Assembly: GCA_951804945.1 (NCBI GenBank) | Contig: OX638161.1 | Span: 26,226,001 to 26,290,000, forward strand | DNA length: 64,000 nt | Direction: 5' to 3' | Source of the DNA: Podarcis cretensis | Lineage: Eukaryota | In this document: positions 12,742-27,471 of the stretch, in pieces | Numbering within the stretch: position 1 is the stretch's first letter | Layout of the letters: every line of letters starts with the position of its first letter | Translations under genes and position numbers: made by a program | Notes under the pieces: generated by a model | Database searches by the model: none | Told to the model about the DNA's origin: nothing | What the model saw: only the letters and a program-made list of their open reading frames with translations

Positions 12742-15700
12742 CTGCAAGAATTGTGCCAAAAGAGCAAACTGTTAGAGGCCAAAAACGGTCTAGAATCTGG
12801 TGCCTAAGATCCACATGTATGGAAAGCACAAACTACGCAACTGGAATGAATTTCAAAAGGGAATTCTATAATATAGCTCCACCTGTATCAGCTAAAACAT
12901 CTTCCTTGCTTTAAAAATAGTGATAAACAAACTCCATGTAGCTCAGTTCAGAGTTGGCTTGCAAAGGAGGGAAAACAACTGGCATAAAAGGAAATTATTT
13001 TCAATGCCTCTTCTTTTCTAGCTCCAGTACCAGCTCCAATAGTAAAAATAAAAATAAAAATATGTAGCTCTAGTAGCAAAAGCATCTGATTTGCATTTAA
13101 CACTGAAACTCAGATGATGAACATTTGTGCAGGGAGTGGGGATCAGAATACACTTGATACCAATCTCTGTGCTTGTCCCCAGGAGAATGTGTAGCTATGT
13201 CATCAACGGTGATAGTTTTTGACTTCACAATAAGAGGGAAAATCAGGAAAACAGAGGCAGGAAGGATGATTTAGCAAGCCAAGAAAGGTCCTTTGCTTAA
13301 GCAGCAGGTCAGTCAGATTTTGAGGTGTTTCCTGTTGCCTAGTCAGATAAACCTAGGGACTGTATAGCTTCACTATTCTCATCACTTGGCAATCTCCCTA
13401 CATTGTGTTTTGTGGACCTGTAATACACCATTCCCCACAGCTTTTTGCCTTTTAAAAAAAATCGGGGGGTGGGCATGGTATGTTGAAAACTTCTGTCTGA
13501 GCTAATATTAGTGTCCAAGAATGATCGATTTCATTAAACATACTTTTTTCACATGTGCAGAATCTCATTGTACATTCCTTGATGGAGTGGAATGTCAGAA
13601 AAAATGTTTGATTTTTTTTGTCGTAATATATCTGAGCATTTTGAGATGTTCAAATTCATATTATGAACCAGCTAACTTAGAACTTTGGGAACATTATGGC
13701 TTTTGTAATATTCCTAATAGGTGCCTGGCCTACCCTTCCCTCAAAAATACCTCAAGGGTCATATGCTTTGGCTTTATGCAGATTTCAGCTGATTCATTAT
13801 TTTCGTGGTGAGAATGATACTCTTTGAAGACTCACTGCCACATTTCAAACAATTTTTAAAAAAATGCATTCACATTTCACCATGTGTGTATTTATTTTTA
13901 TTTTAAAAAATAGAATAGCTGCTGCTACTCCCACCTGCATCCTGATCTGGATCATAACCATAGCACAGTTGGGCTTTCAACCTCCCACCCACCCACCCTC
14001 CCACCCACCACCCACACTGCAGCTCCAACAAAACTGCCCCCAACGTTGAATTTTTTCCCTTGGAGGGGAACTCCTAGATACCAAGAGCAACTTCCCTTCC
14101 AGGGCAAATAGCTTCAGGGTGTGTGCAATTTATTTTGTGGCTGTTGTCAGAGTTGTGTTACTCGAAAGGAAATGATTAACCTCTCCTCTACTGCAAGAGG
14201 GTGAAGAAGGGGGGAAAGGAAAGGCAGGGGAGAGCATGTTTCAGACCCATACAGTGGGAAATGAAACCCTGCCTGCAGCACCACAGAACAGAATTGCGCC
14301 TTTAACCCACCACAGAAGGAAAGGAACAGCTACGGAGCTCAAATTAACAAAGGGATCAAATTCTGGCATCTGAAATGGCAATCCAACAAGACAATAGACT
14401 TGCTCCCCCACTTCTACCATGCAGAACATGGCCCCTGAAGCCTGGATGCCAGATGTGTGCAGCTGCTTGTTTCTCTATGCATCTCCTTCCTTGGATTAAG
14501 CTGGCCGAGGAGAACTTGCCAAGAAACTGAATGTCATTTGCATCCCATTTGTTTTTAAAAACAGCTGGTAAAATCAGGCCAAGCAGGACTTGTGAGGAGC
14601 ATGAGAGAAGAACAGATGAAAGTCCAGCTCAGCAGAAGTAGCTTATATAAGGGGAGTGGAGGATATAGTAGTGAAGGGAGTCAAAAACCCATATCATAAT
14701 GAGAATGGGGTGCTGCTTAATATTAGCTATCTGATTTTCCATCAACAAAAAAAATCTGTAAGAGCCACAGAATCTGGACCCACCGGGAGCTGATAATATT
14801 ACACAAGTCACTCTTCTTCCACTCTCCCTTCTGTAACAGGAGGATAATGCTGGGATACCTTGCAAGGCTATTATAAGGATTGCTGAAATAAGTTGTAAGG
14901 AGCACTTTGAACACTGGAAATGTAGCCTATAAATACCAAATACGTATACCGTTTTTCAGCTTTTTCTGGGAAAGTAGTTATTGCTTTTGAAAACTGTGCG
15001 CAGGTCAGGAAATTGGTGGAGACAAGTAGAACCTGCAAAGAAACTGCTAAAGTATCCCCACCCCCTAAGAGAAGTACCAAACCAAGCATTCTCCCAAAAA
15101 CTGTTAGCTGTTAAGGGTTCAAGAAGGCCAATTCCCTCACTTCACCCCTGGCTTTCCAACTGACAACTAAAATTATATGACTCCTTGAAACCAACAAGCA
15201 TACTTGGTCCACACTGGGCTGATCGCCAGGGGAGGGGGAACTTTATGTTCTTTCATTGACAAAGCTTACATACTTCTGCATACCTAGAAGTCTTCCAAGT
15301 ATGTAGAAATAGCTGGCTATCTTGAAGAAAGCAGGCAGCCCAGGCTGCCATTATTCACAGTAACATTGAGCTTAAAAGACAAAGGCAGAAAATGTGCACA
15401 TAGCAGTCTCCCTAGGCTTAGAGGAGAGGGGGTATACTACAGAGTTCCTGAGATAGGTCACAGAGAATTCAGATTGTCATTAGTGCATTTCTCACCCTTG
15501 TTTTGAGTCATTCCATTTTAAACATGCTTCAATTCCAAGATAGATCAGGGGCCTAGAAGGGGTTGGAAAGGCCTGGCAAGTGACCTTGGTTCTAACTAAC
15601 TGAAAACAGAACTTGGGTGGATTCAAGGCCCCCAGGCCAACCACATCGTGATGTCTCAGAAGTCCCACCCTTCAGTGCTGGGAACTAGTAGTCACATACA

Positions 15701-18387
15701 GTATCTAGGGGACGGGGGAAGTGGACATCCAGGGAGAGAAGCAATTTGCACACAAAGAACATTGCCCTAAATCTTTTGGTTCACCTCAGTTGCTGCTATC
15801 ATGAACAGGTAGAGAGGATTAAGTCCCATTATCGTTCCTACTAGGGTAAACTGTTCAAAATGAAGGTGGGACACTGCTGGACTCCTCCACTGCGATTTCT
15901 AGAAGCGACTGGGGTTTTTTTTTTATTGTGGAGGGAATTCCTCGGCTGCTTCATCAAAATGGTCTGTTCTATGCAAAATTGACAAAAATTTGCTTTTTGT
16001 GGAAATGCTCAGTTACTCTGTTGTCCCCAACATGCTGCTCTTTAGTATCGCTGACAATCTAAGAGTCTGGATGAAGGTAGAGCAGGGGTGAAGACGACTG
16101 GGTTAGACAAAGCACTAATTACAGTCCATATGAAGACCTTCTGTGGCAACAAAGACAGCAAAGCACACATTCTTCTCCATCTTCATTGCATTGGCTCAGT
16201 ATTGTCTAGTGGAGTCATTCCAAGCAATATGCGGTTTAATTAGTCCTAGGCTTCTATCCTGTACCCTTGACTGCTCTGTAAGCTATTGATATGTTTGCTT
16301 AGCATTTAGCAGACAGAATTTCCCACATCCACTTCAATCCGTAATCCCCTTTAATGACAATGCCCCTAGCCAAGCTGCCCTCAGTCTCGTCTTATTGTTC
16401 TTGCTTGGATGAATTTCTGTGGGTGTAAGCAGAGTTCATAGTCAAGATCCTTGCAACAGTCCAACAAACGATCTGTGCTTGATGTTTTTTGCTAGTTCTA
16501 GCTAACTGAGGGAGGCCAGCTGCGCCTATCTGACTGACCATTTACATCTCTTTGTGCAAAGTGTGGTTCCTGGTCCTCTTCACAAGGCTATATTACAATC
16601 ACTCCTAAAAGAAGCCCTCCTTGGAGCTATGAAATTGTCTACTTGCCTGGGACATGCCTTTTAGAACAATGTTATGGAACAAGTGATGGTGGTTCAGCTC
16701 AGATTCTCTGGATCAGAATGGTTTTCTGAACCCATTTCAGGTGGTAGTTTTGCCCCAATGTGTAGCCTCTTGACTACATTGGCTCCCAAGCTGGTGCAGT
16801 CATGCACTGGCAGAAGCCAGCTCCCAATTCAGCAAATTCTTTTGCATCCCGGCTCTGCTCCTTCCCCAAATGCTCTGTTTCAGCTGGTGGTAGCTTTTGC
16901 CTACTCTCCTGTCAGCAGCAGAACTGTTCCACTGGTGAAGACTAGAGGATCTGGGCAAGACCATTTTAAACCTTGCCATTATTACCTATTTTTGTACTGT
17001 TAAAGGTATTTTACTGGTTTTATTGCCTCTTATTTCAATCTTTAAATTTTCTCCAAGTAGTTCCAAATAAAACATAATATACAGAAGCTGCAGGAAATAT
17101 TTTCTTTTTGTACATCTTGGGTTAAATCCTTTCCTTTTGGGTCCTACGCACCTTTCTCTGAAAACATCCAAGCTTGCTTCTGTTAAAAAATTAATTAAGA
17201 ACTGCAAGCTATAAGGCAAGAAGTGGAAAGATAAGAAGAAAAAGGTGTTCAAGGAAGGAGAGGAGGGTACGTGTGGAGTTCTCCAAAGGTTGTTAATTTG
17301 GTGCCCAAATAATCAGATTTGATTTTGTTGGTCCTCCTGTGTATCATTTGTACTTCTGCTGCCAAATCTGCAATGCTACACACACACTTATTTGGGAGAG
17401 TCCCAATGAACTAAGTGGGATTTACTTCCAAGTATATATGCATATAACTGGGCTGCATGTCAGCAAGTGTAGGCAGTAACTAGAGATGAGCAATCCATCA
17501 AGAGCCTAGAGACCAGAGGAATAAAATTGGAAGTCAAGACCAGAGTCAAGTCAGGCTTAGAGGACAAACCAGAATGCAGGAGTGAAGAGTAATATCAGCA
17601 CTATATTTTTACCACTAGATCTGCACTTGTTATAAATGTGATAATGCCTCAGTCAAGACCCACCATCTGGTAGATATAAGGTGTTGGAATGAATGGTGCC
17701 AACAATTATATGAAAATACCTCATAACAGCTAGCCAAAACTGCACCATGATCTTGACACATGGCTAGTGGATAACATTGCTGTGTGTGTTTCAATATGCA
17801 CCAGCATCTTATGGTTTGCAACAACCCTCTTTGTTCTAGATACCAAAAGGTCTGGTAAGCTCCAACATAGCACATTTTTTTGGTATTCGCTCAGCCTGTC
17901 AGCTAATAGCCAATATCTGCACAATCCCTTCTGTTTTGTCTGGTTGAGAAGTGTATTTTTGCTCTTTCTAATCTCTGTACTGCAGTTAACAAGTTAAATC
18001 AACAAGGAAACACTTTTGCACCCTGGAATTTCTTAGATTTTTCTGGATCTCACTGCAAAAGCATACCACAATGGCCAGGAATATAATCAACTTCCAAAAT
18101 GGACTGAGAGGGGATTACCAGTGGTTATTAAGGGGGGTCAGGGACATAAAACAATCTCTCTTCTTGAACGCAAACCCAAAATATTAAGCAGTGGTGTGGT
18201 AAAGTAGTGTGTGTGTGTGTGGAGATACTGGAAGTTGTCTAATGAAGAATGGGAGCTGGCTACTTTACGTATGTTGTAGAGACAGGATGGCTATGTAATT
18301 GATCTTATTTGCAAATAGTACCAATACAGTCTCACTCTATAGTCTACATTCACCCCCCTCAAATCACTTAGACACATATGCACTTAC

Positions 18388-18575
18388 CCTCGCCTTTGGG
18401 ATAGTGATGGAGGCGGTTGGGTCTGTGGAACAAGCAGGCGCTTCCGGAACGGATCCATCATGGACTGTGGCATTCCAGGTCTCATTGGAGAAGGTGATCC
18501 ATACAGAGGCCCTGAGGGGGATCCCACTTGCAATCCTGCCATGGGCATCCGGCCACCAGGCAGAATCCCAGGGCG
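18388..18575 (-). CDS. SMARCD2: SMARCD2 exon 2
   Basis: RPGILPGGRMPMAGLQVGSPSGPLYGSPSPMRPGMPQSMMDPFRKRLLVPQTQPPPSLSQRR(G). Confidence 0.94.
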
Positions 18576-20550
18576 CTGGCAAGAGAAAACAAAAGACATT
18601 CTAGGAAACTAGGCACTGTACGCACCAGAGTTCATTGGCAGCAGCTTGGCTGAAGTCACTCTACTTCCCATAGCAGGGCAAAGTGCAACAGGCAGAGCCA
18701 CATTAAAAACGCAAACTGTTTTAATGGTATTCCAAAGAACCGCTTGGGAATGTAGATCACGGACAGAGAGGAAAGATAGGCACCTTAAAGAGAGTTCACG
18801 GAGTTCTTATGAAACTATAGCTCTTGAGCATCCATGGCAATTAAACCAGCTTTAAGTTTGTAGTACAGACGAGTGTGAAGAGAATAAATGATGGAAGACT
18901 GCAAGAATGCTAAGTAACAGCTGTACTTACCTTTGCCACATTTACTTTGTGCTATTAAAGAACGTACAGATGGCAAACATTTGAGGTAGGTATAGTTCTC
19001 ACATCACCATGATATGCCAGGGGAAGCTGCACTTTCCAGCATTCATCCTTCTGTGTATAGGAGGAGGTATAGGAACCCTCTCCTGAATTTAGCAGACAAG
19101 CCCAGCTGCTATGTGCTCAAAAGAATGACATGAAAGAGGAAGCAGACACTCTCTTAACCTCTAATCTAAGTTGGTGGCCTACTTGGACAATGGAGCAAAA
19201 GTGGTTTTCTATTGGGAAGAACAACCTCAGCCCCCTCCCCCTGGCACATCTGGTGGCTTTCTGCTGCTGGTGGTACAGTTATAAATATAAGAACATGAAT
19301 AATCAGTTGGGTCGTTAACCCACATTTAAGAATCTCAGATTAACTTGTTTTGATCAGATAAAAACAAAATTTACGCCTAATGATGGATTAGTGGATGGTA
19401 TGGAAAGGTGAGTGCAAGAGGCTACAGCCCTCTAGCTCCAGTTTCAGGTAGCACTTGGGGAGAAAAGTCTAAAATGCTTTACTATTCTTGAATGCACTCA
19501 GATCAACTTTCCTCCACAAACATTCACACCCTTAACACTTTCCAGTGTCCCAAGAACATTGCCACTGAACCAAAGCCAAACAAAAACTGCAGGCAAGACC
19601 CTCCCCTCTACCTAACAAGTGAGATTATTCCTCTTGCACAAGAGAGGTCCCTCTGCAGGTTCTTTTACAGGTTTCCACTGCCTAGACATTCCCATAGAAC
19701 CCCTGGAGATGCACATACTGTGGGTGTAGTACACTGGCTAAGAGCCTGAGCTGTGGACTAGGAAAACCCCAGTTCAAATCTCATTTCAAACCACAAAGTC
19801 AACAGTAGCCTGCCTGCAGTATGTGTGTAATACTGACCTACTCTGAATGGCTACTTTAAGGATTCCCAGGAACATGCACAAAGCACTTTCAACTTTCTAT
19901 AGCACTTTATAAGTTACTATTGCAGAGACTTATTCCAAAGCTTTTTGAACTCACCTGAAACATCTGCACAATAGAAACTGCCAACCATACTAACAGAGGA
20001 TAACAATACCACCAGGATCTTTTGTATGTTACACAAGTCAAACAGCAGAATCACATCAGGTGTTTGTAACAAACTTGGGTCATTTGGCAAAACATTGTAA
20101 TTCACCACCACAGATTTTGGCCCATTCTTTCTTGCACCTAGTGAGGATCAGCTTTTTTACTTTCTGCTCTACCGAGGCTCATGACCCTAATTCTTCATTA
20201 AAACAAACCAAAGTCCCATAAGACAACAAGCAATAGCTTCAGACCAAGGTATGCTGGTGGTAAACAAACCATAGCTTCCAGGTAGGGTTCACACATAACA
20301 CTATGCTATGGTTTAGTCTAGCATTATATGCAAATTAGGTCACTGTCAGCATGCTGTACCCTGTCTAAGACTTTGTTGGCATCCATCTGTTTCAAGAGAC
20401 AATGGAGTGCACCTCGGGGGTGAAGTCAAACTGCTGGAGAATCACAGTGCCTGCTACGGCTGCAGGGACTGGTAACTCATAATTGCTGCCTCCCGTGTTG
20501 TTTTTGCTGCGTTGGCAGTACTGAAGCAACCTCCCTGGGACAGCCTAGAC

Positions 20551-20686
20551 CAGGCATAGGCAAACTCGGCCCTCCACATGTTTTGGAACTACAACTCCCA
20601 TCATCCCTAGCTAACAGGACCAGTGGTCTGGGATTATGGGAATTGTAGTCTCAAAGCATCTGGAGGACCGAGTTTGCCTATGCCTG
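20551..20686. mobile_element. hAT-type palindromic MITE, nested in an older interspersed repeat (~20370-20825)
   Basis: TIRs CAGGCATAGGCAAACTCGG / CCGAGTTTGCCTATGCCTG; 8-bp TSD GCCTAGAC / GCCTAGGC; ACTACAACTCCCATCA core. Confidence 0.85.
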
Positions 20687-23600
20687 GCCTAGGCAGTGTG
20701 TATGGAGGTCCTGGGCTGCCCAGATGACAAGATACCATCCAACCGCCTCTGGGACTCCACTCCAGATTTGTTTGGGTTTACTCCTTAGTCTTTTCTTCTC
20801 CCAGAGATGTCCTGCAAGGCAGCAATCTAGGACTGCCAGGTGATTTAAGGAGCAGAAGCAAAAATGCTGGCACTTATAATTACATTTAGGTAAGCTTGCC
20901 TGTTGTCATCCACAACTTTAATGACAGAGTCTCTGAGCCACTCTTTCCCACCAGTACCCCATGGAGCCATTTCTCTAAGGACTAGGCCCAGGATCACCAG
21001 ACAAAACTTGGCTCTTCCACACTTAATAGTTCTGTGCAGAACTGCATAAAAAGGAGAAACTCTGCCAACTGTTGGGCTCATTATCAAGAGAAGCTACACT
21101 GCTCACATTTCTCCAGCCCTTGTAATTATTAAAGGCTTGTCTAGGACTGAATTCAGCAACCCGACATCTGGGGGCAACTGCTAATTTGATTGGAAAAGCA
21201 CATGCTGGATCTGCCATGATTCACAGCTGCACTTAGCTCAGGTTACCTATGCAGAGGGTTTGTTTATTAAGTCCTTTGAGGGGCATTTGATTGTGTATGC
21301 GCACACATACACATCTGCCCTCTTGAGCCTGCTTCAGAAGGGATTGCACTCCCTTGCCCTGTGGGATCTGAAACAAGCGTCTGCTGCCAAGGAGCTAACG
21401 CAGCTGCCAAAGCCACCAAGCCAGCAGGGCAACATTTCATCCCTCCCCAGCAGGCCCAGGCAGAGCCTCTAGTCCACTGCCACTCCCAAACAGAACTCAG
21501 GCAAAGGGGGTTGGGCAGCACCATACAAATCCAACAGTGAAAGGATTGCCCACAGCAGCGAATACTGGAGAAAAACATTCAAAGGGAACATTATGAGCAC
21601 GAGAACAGGCAGGAGACAAGTCATGCATAGAAAGGCTGCTGGAGGAAATGGGTATGCTCACTTATGGAAACAAAGATGAAAGGAGATATGTTGACTGGCA
21701 GGAGGGAGTCACAGTTAACTAAATCCCACCTCGGCCATGAATTTGTTCTGTGGGTCAGATTAAGCCACACGGTCTCAGCTTCGGCTCCTTTCCTCCCTTC
21801 TATCTACAACAGGGATATTGTAGACTCTACGAAAAGCGATGCTAATAACATTAGCCTACTTAACAAGGTTGTCATAAAAATTACGACGATAATGTACCGG
21901 TATGTGAAAGATGCTACATAAATGCTGATTACTGCCATCCACGGAAGATGCTACAAGTGGCAATGGCTGTAAAGCACCAAAAGGCAGATATAGGTTGCAA
22001 CTGGAGATAAACTTCCAAACTACAGGAGCATCAAGTCAGTGACGGAATAAGTTGCCCAGAGAGATTGTGGAATCACTTTCCTTGCAGATTTCCCAAACAG
22101 AAATTGCAGCATGTATACAGGTCTATAAGTCTCTGGACTGTTATTTTGCTGTTAAATAAACTCCACTTACTACCAAAGATTTATAAAGCATGTTAATATG
22201 CTACAAACAACCAAGTATCTGTTACCCCTCCAAGGACCTTTGAGGTTCAATTCTAGCAAGCAGATTCATAAATAACCAGCATCCTCCCAATTTCCCAGAC
22301 TACCCCTCTTAACAAGAGGCTCCTCCCTCAACACAATTATTTCTTCCCTCCTTTCTCTAATCAATTACTACATATTCTGGGCCAGTGTTGACTTTGGCTG
22401 AGGAAAAGGATGGCGTGCAGTTAATCCCCAGCATTCTTCAAACAAATGGAGCAATATTCATTACTCCGCTGTTGCTTGGCTGTGTCATTTTATACGCGAC
22501 ATTCTCTCTTCACCCCCTCTTTTATCAGCTACATCACTGCCCACATTCATATAGTTAAAGGCAACCGAACCCTTTGAAGTGGTCATTTATGATAGATGCC
22601 TTTTGTATCATCCACATGCTTTTAAAAAGCAAGTTCCCTGCTACACAAAGGTCACGCTCTGTGAAATCCTGCTGAGATCCCATACCTCCACAAAAACGAG
22701 AGAATTTCCTTGGGAAGACTTTGCAGATGGGTTTTCTGTCACGGGCAGGAAAAAGCCTCTCCACATATTTCAATTTTAGGGGCATGTGCAATCAATTTTA
22801 AGTGTGCATCTAAACATGTACAGTGTCAGTTTGATAAACATATGTTTGCAAACATCTGCATTGAATAGGTAAGCTGAATGAATGTATAATGTGGCAAACT
22901 GTGCAGTGTGTGAAATGGCTCCAATTGCTACCACTTGGGGGAGGGGGAACCTCCCCAGGTCAAATGAAATCCTAGAAACAGTAAGAGAAAGGATTTGCCG
23001 GCACATATGTACCTTTCCCAGCAATGTGTGACTTACTTGCTTGAACCATTTACAATGCATTTGTTTTCTCCTTGTAATATGGAATGTGAGAGTTGACACA
23101 TAACAAGATGTGTGTGGGTGATTCTGCCTTGTTCTGTGGAAGATGAATCTGATGGTCTCCTATAATTTTATGGACTTGAAATTATTCTGCACAGCTGCCT
23201 AGGTAGCTTAGATGTGGCTATTATACGTACATAGGCAATTTATATATTTGTCTGCTTGTTATTGTTCAAAACCACAAACATCCACTGGGAAACAACGGTC
23301 TTAGCTACGTGTTCAGCTGCAGCCTGTTTTTTCTTACCCCCAAGAGGAACACTCAGTTCAGACAGGAGCAGGTCTCAATTGCCACCACATCTCCCCCAAG
23401 GAATTAAGACAACCATCTGCAGTTTTAAAAGAGCTGCTACTTTCTTTTACAAGTTTCTGATTACAGCAGATGCTTAGGACCATTTCCTTGGCTTAGAATG
23501 TGGTCCTTCCTGGCCACAGAATCATAGGGCTGCAGATGACCGTAAGTCACTCGTCCACTCCTCTCTGTGTAAAACCACACACACACACAAATACCATCTC

Positions 23601-25601
23601 AAGCACAGCATCTGATATGACAGCACAGCTACTGAGGAACTACAGTATTGAAAACACTGAACAGAGGAAAAGTGGGAAGAGATAGGATTTAAAAAGCACA
23701 GAAAGAAAACTACTGCCCCTGATTACTGAGGACAATCTCTATTTTCCGTACCAGTCTCTCATACAGCGCTGTCTTCATTTGTCTTTGGGAATGATGTTGA
23801 AGAAGCCTGAGAAAAAATTCTAGAGTGTCCTTACGGTTTCAGCCCCCTTCTCCCTCTAGTCTCTGGAACATGTAATCATTGATGGAAGAACAGGGAGTTT
23901 ACTAGTACACAAGACAGCTCTTCTTTTCATCTGCAAGTTGTTAGAAAGTGTGAAAGACACTGAACACAAACTTCACACAAAGTGGTTTATGCTGAAGTTT
24001 CCTTAGAAGGTGCATCTACACAGCAATAATATGCCAGTCTCATGGTAGGTAAGTCTCAGTCCTTCTCCAACACAAAACCACAGCCAGAGATTCTGCTTGC
24101 CATCTAATAATTGCCATCTAATCTAATTGCCACCCTGTGCATATACTTAAGTAGCAACATTCAGTTGCCATTAACGGTTTTCACAGGTTTAATGCAATCC
24201 AAAGTCACAGCAGGAAGACCAAGGAAAGAAGAGAAAAGCGAGTAATAAAATACTTGACATTAAAAGGTTAGCCCACTAGACACTTGTGTATGGTATCAAA
24301 CATTTGAGTCATATTTAAAACTCATCCAAGGAAATGCATTTCCAAGATTTTGCTTACAGAACTGCATCTTGTGAATTTCAGCTGGGACTTAAAAAATATG
24401 TCTGGCCCTCATAATGAAAATATGCAAGTACTCTCTGTTAAAGGCTTCAAGAAGCACCCATGCCTTCAGAAACGTTCCCTAATGCATGTACTAATTCATC
24501 TTCCCTATCCCACGTAGTACATTTATTTCCTGCTCCATCCCTCTAGTCAGAGGCTTGCAGAACACAACATAGCAGGTTCATCAGGCTGATACTTGCTGAA
24601 ACTGCTGTACTTGGCTGCTTCTGCTTCCGGCTTCCTTGTTACAGAAGCATTACCACCTCCAAAGGAAGTGCAGGGACTTGACGGCACAGTTTCTCTCACT
24701 GCTAAAAATCCACACCAGACTTTTGAAACTGTCTTCATTTGAAAAGCAAAGCTAGCACTCCTCACATGGGATGCACCCAATATTCACAAAGTGTGTACCT
24801 CCCATTGTCTGAAATTGATGCAACAACTAAGCCAATGTCCTCAAATTCTAACCACTAGGGATGCTTGTCTGCTGGTCTTTGTTAATACTTTCACAGCATG
24901 AAGAGACTGTTAAGAAGCCAGTTCCAGTTACAAAAGAATAGGGCTGGAAGGGATCAGCAGGCCATTAAGTCCAGTCCCTTACCCAGTCAGTATCCCGTGC
25001 ACAATAATTCACATTATGATGGGATACAAGCATAAAATCAGGAGACCACACAGTGTACTACAAAACGCTATCTAAGCCAAATGCTAACTGCAGTGTCATA
25101 ATACAGAAAAATGCTTTTTTGAGGAAAAGTTAAACCCAAATCTTAAATTCATTCAATACTCTCAAAAGAAAGTTATTGGGACATATCTAGGATTTTGCTT
25201 GGAGTTAAGCTAACAGCAACCAGTGTTGATTCAGATGATCTTGGGGGAGGACCCATGATCTCTGGTAGTCAGAAAGTTATTTCTGAATGAAATAAGTAAC
25301 ATAAAAAGGACCTGGCACTGCAATTTTTACAAATGAATATGGGCTTAAAGACAATGTGATTTTAAGGGTTTGTGGGGTGTGAGGAGCTATTCTTACTTGC
25401 CTGCAAGGTGGTGACCATTTTGCATGTGTCCAATTGATGTGCAACTGCTGACGCATGGGTCCTTTAGGACCTGGAAGAGTGGGGCAGAATGGGCTTCTGG
25501 GCAGTGGGAGTGGGGAGGAATAGAACCCCAACACAAAATTGTTTATTTTAAGGAGGCAGACAACTCCAGAGAAGGACTGTCATTCCTAGGTGTCTAATAT
25601 A

Positions 25602-25805
25602 NNNNNNNNNNNNNNNNNNNNNNNNNNNNNNNNNNNNNNNNNNNNNNNNNNNNNNNNNNNNNNNNNNNNNNNNNNNNNNNNNNNNNNNNNNNNNNNNNNN
25701 NNNNNNNNNNNNNNNNNNNNNNNNNNNNNNNNNNNNNNNNNNNNNNNNNNNNNNNNNNNNNNNNNNNNNNNNNNNNNNNNNNNNNNNNNNNNNNNNNNNN
25801 NNNNN
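25602..25805. other. Assembly gap (204 N)
   Basis: Run of N in SMARCD2 intron 1. Confidence 0.99.
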
Positions 25806-27471
25806 TCAAGACATGTCATTATGGACATTTCTCCAGTCCTATCAACAAGAGGACATCTGGAGACTCAAATGGCCCACTCAACACTCATACATAAATGTTT
25901 TGAGCTATCTTTTTGAAAATGCAGGTCTTGTTTCCCTGATTACCTATTTTGAAGGCTGTTCCTAATTAGCAATATCCAACCAAGTCAATACTCAGCACAG
26001 AACCATTTACACCAATAGTATGGAAATTACATAAGTCAATTGATTTCAGTGGGTGTGCTCCAGGTATGATGTGGCTGGATACCACCCCGCGGTTTTTACC
26101 TTCAGTGTTCTGAGGTAATAATCTTGCTATACAAGCTCTGCACAAGTTCAGCAACTCCTTATATTTTACTTCCATAATGCTTTAGTTTGAACTCATTCAG
26201 TCATCCGACGCTACTCATAAGTCTCCAGAACTCTTATTCTATCTTTTTCGTTCCATGTCATTCTTCCTCCATCAAAACACTTTATAATTTTTCATCTACA
26301 CTGTATTAGTTTAAAATTAAAACAATATGTTACACAATTTAAATTGCTTCATGGTTTAAAGTGTTTCTCTCTTTTAAGTAAAAACAACAATAACTGAAAG
26401 CAGCTTGTAGAGTTTGGAACATATAACTGGCCTCAAAAGCATACAACACTATCCCATGGTCAGAAATAAACCATGGCTTACCATAAGGAGTGATCTGCTG
26501 GCAGTTGCTGCTCTTTTTTCTTTCTTTCTTTTTTTAAAAGTAAGAACAGAAAGAAAACACACAATGTCACAATAACAATCCACTATTCCTAAATGTGGTA
26601 TATTAAGATAGACAATTGATATGATATATAAATGGGCACAATATATGCTCAAAGGCTGAAAGGGCAGTAAGATCTTCACACCACTGAGTAATGGGTAGTG
26701 GGTATTTATCTTTCCAGCCTTGGAATATAATTATCTTTTCAACCATAAGGGCTCAGATGATCCACTTTTATTGTCCGTTAGTCCCCACATCATAGGAATG
26801 TTAAAAGCGCACCAACATCCTCATGTACCAAGGATTTTTCCAAAACAAAAGTTTCTGACCCAAAGATTGAGCATGTTAGCTCAACCAATCCATTCTGCCT
26901 CTGACAGAACCAAACCACGAGGCTTCATCTGGCATTAGGTGAACCGGACACTTACAGTTTGTTCAGGAGGAACAAACCATGGGTGGTGGTGAGCCATGAA
27001 CAAACTTTGGCTTCCACTTGTGGGTTGTTTGGAAAAAAACAACCATGAGTGTCAGTTCACACATAACACTAAGTAAAGCACTGTGGTTTGTTTCTTGTGG
27101 AGGCAGACAGGGCAGAGCAAAGCGGAAACAACAGACTAGCCAGCACCTGCACTGCTTGTCCACAGTAACTCATGGCTTATTTCTGACAATGGCTTACCAT
27201 TATGCATGAACTGGGATACTGTGTGCATATTTCTGCCATTCCTTCTTTCTTTTGTATGAAAGTTGCTTCGAACAAATACCTGCTTGTCTTTGCAGAAGTG
27301 CCTAGCAGACTTTTAGGCACTATTACTATTACTTTTGGTTTTAATAGATTACAGTTTTAATATATTTTATATATGTATATAGTTTTAGATTCTATCCATG
27401 TTTAATTGTTTTTTAATAATTGCTTCTTCTATGGTTTTAGCGGTTCTTGTTTTTATCTGTAAGCTGCCTTA

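Noticed and set aside
23037-23060. ATG...CAA|gtaagt mini-exon (MHCKWFKQ, phase 0) on - in SMARCD2 intron 1
   Set aside because: Weak start context and no promoter signature; a single chance donor is expected in 13 kb
25586-25916. ORFs made of X residues
   Set aside because: Artefacts of the 204-N gap
26452-27217. Dispersed inverted AACCATGG-rich repeats
   Set aside because: Look like a decayed DNA-transposon remnant, but ends and TSD could not be defined
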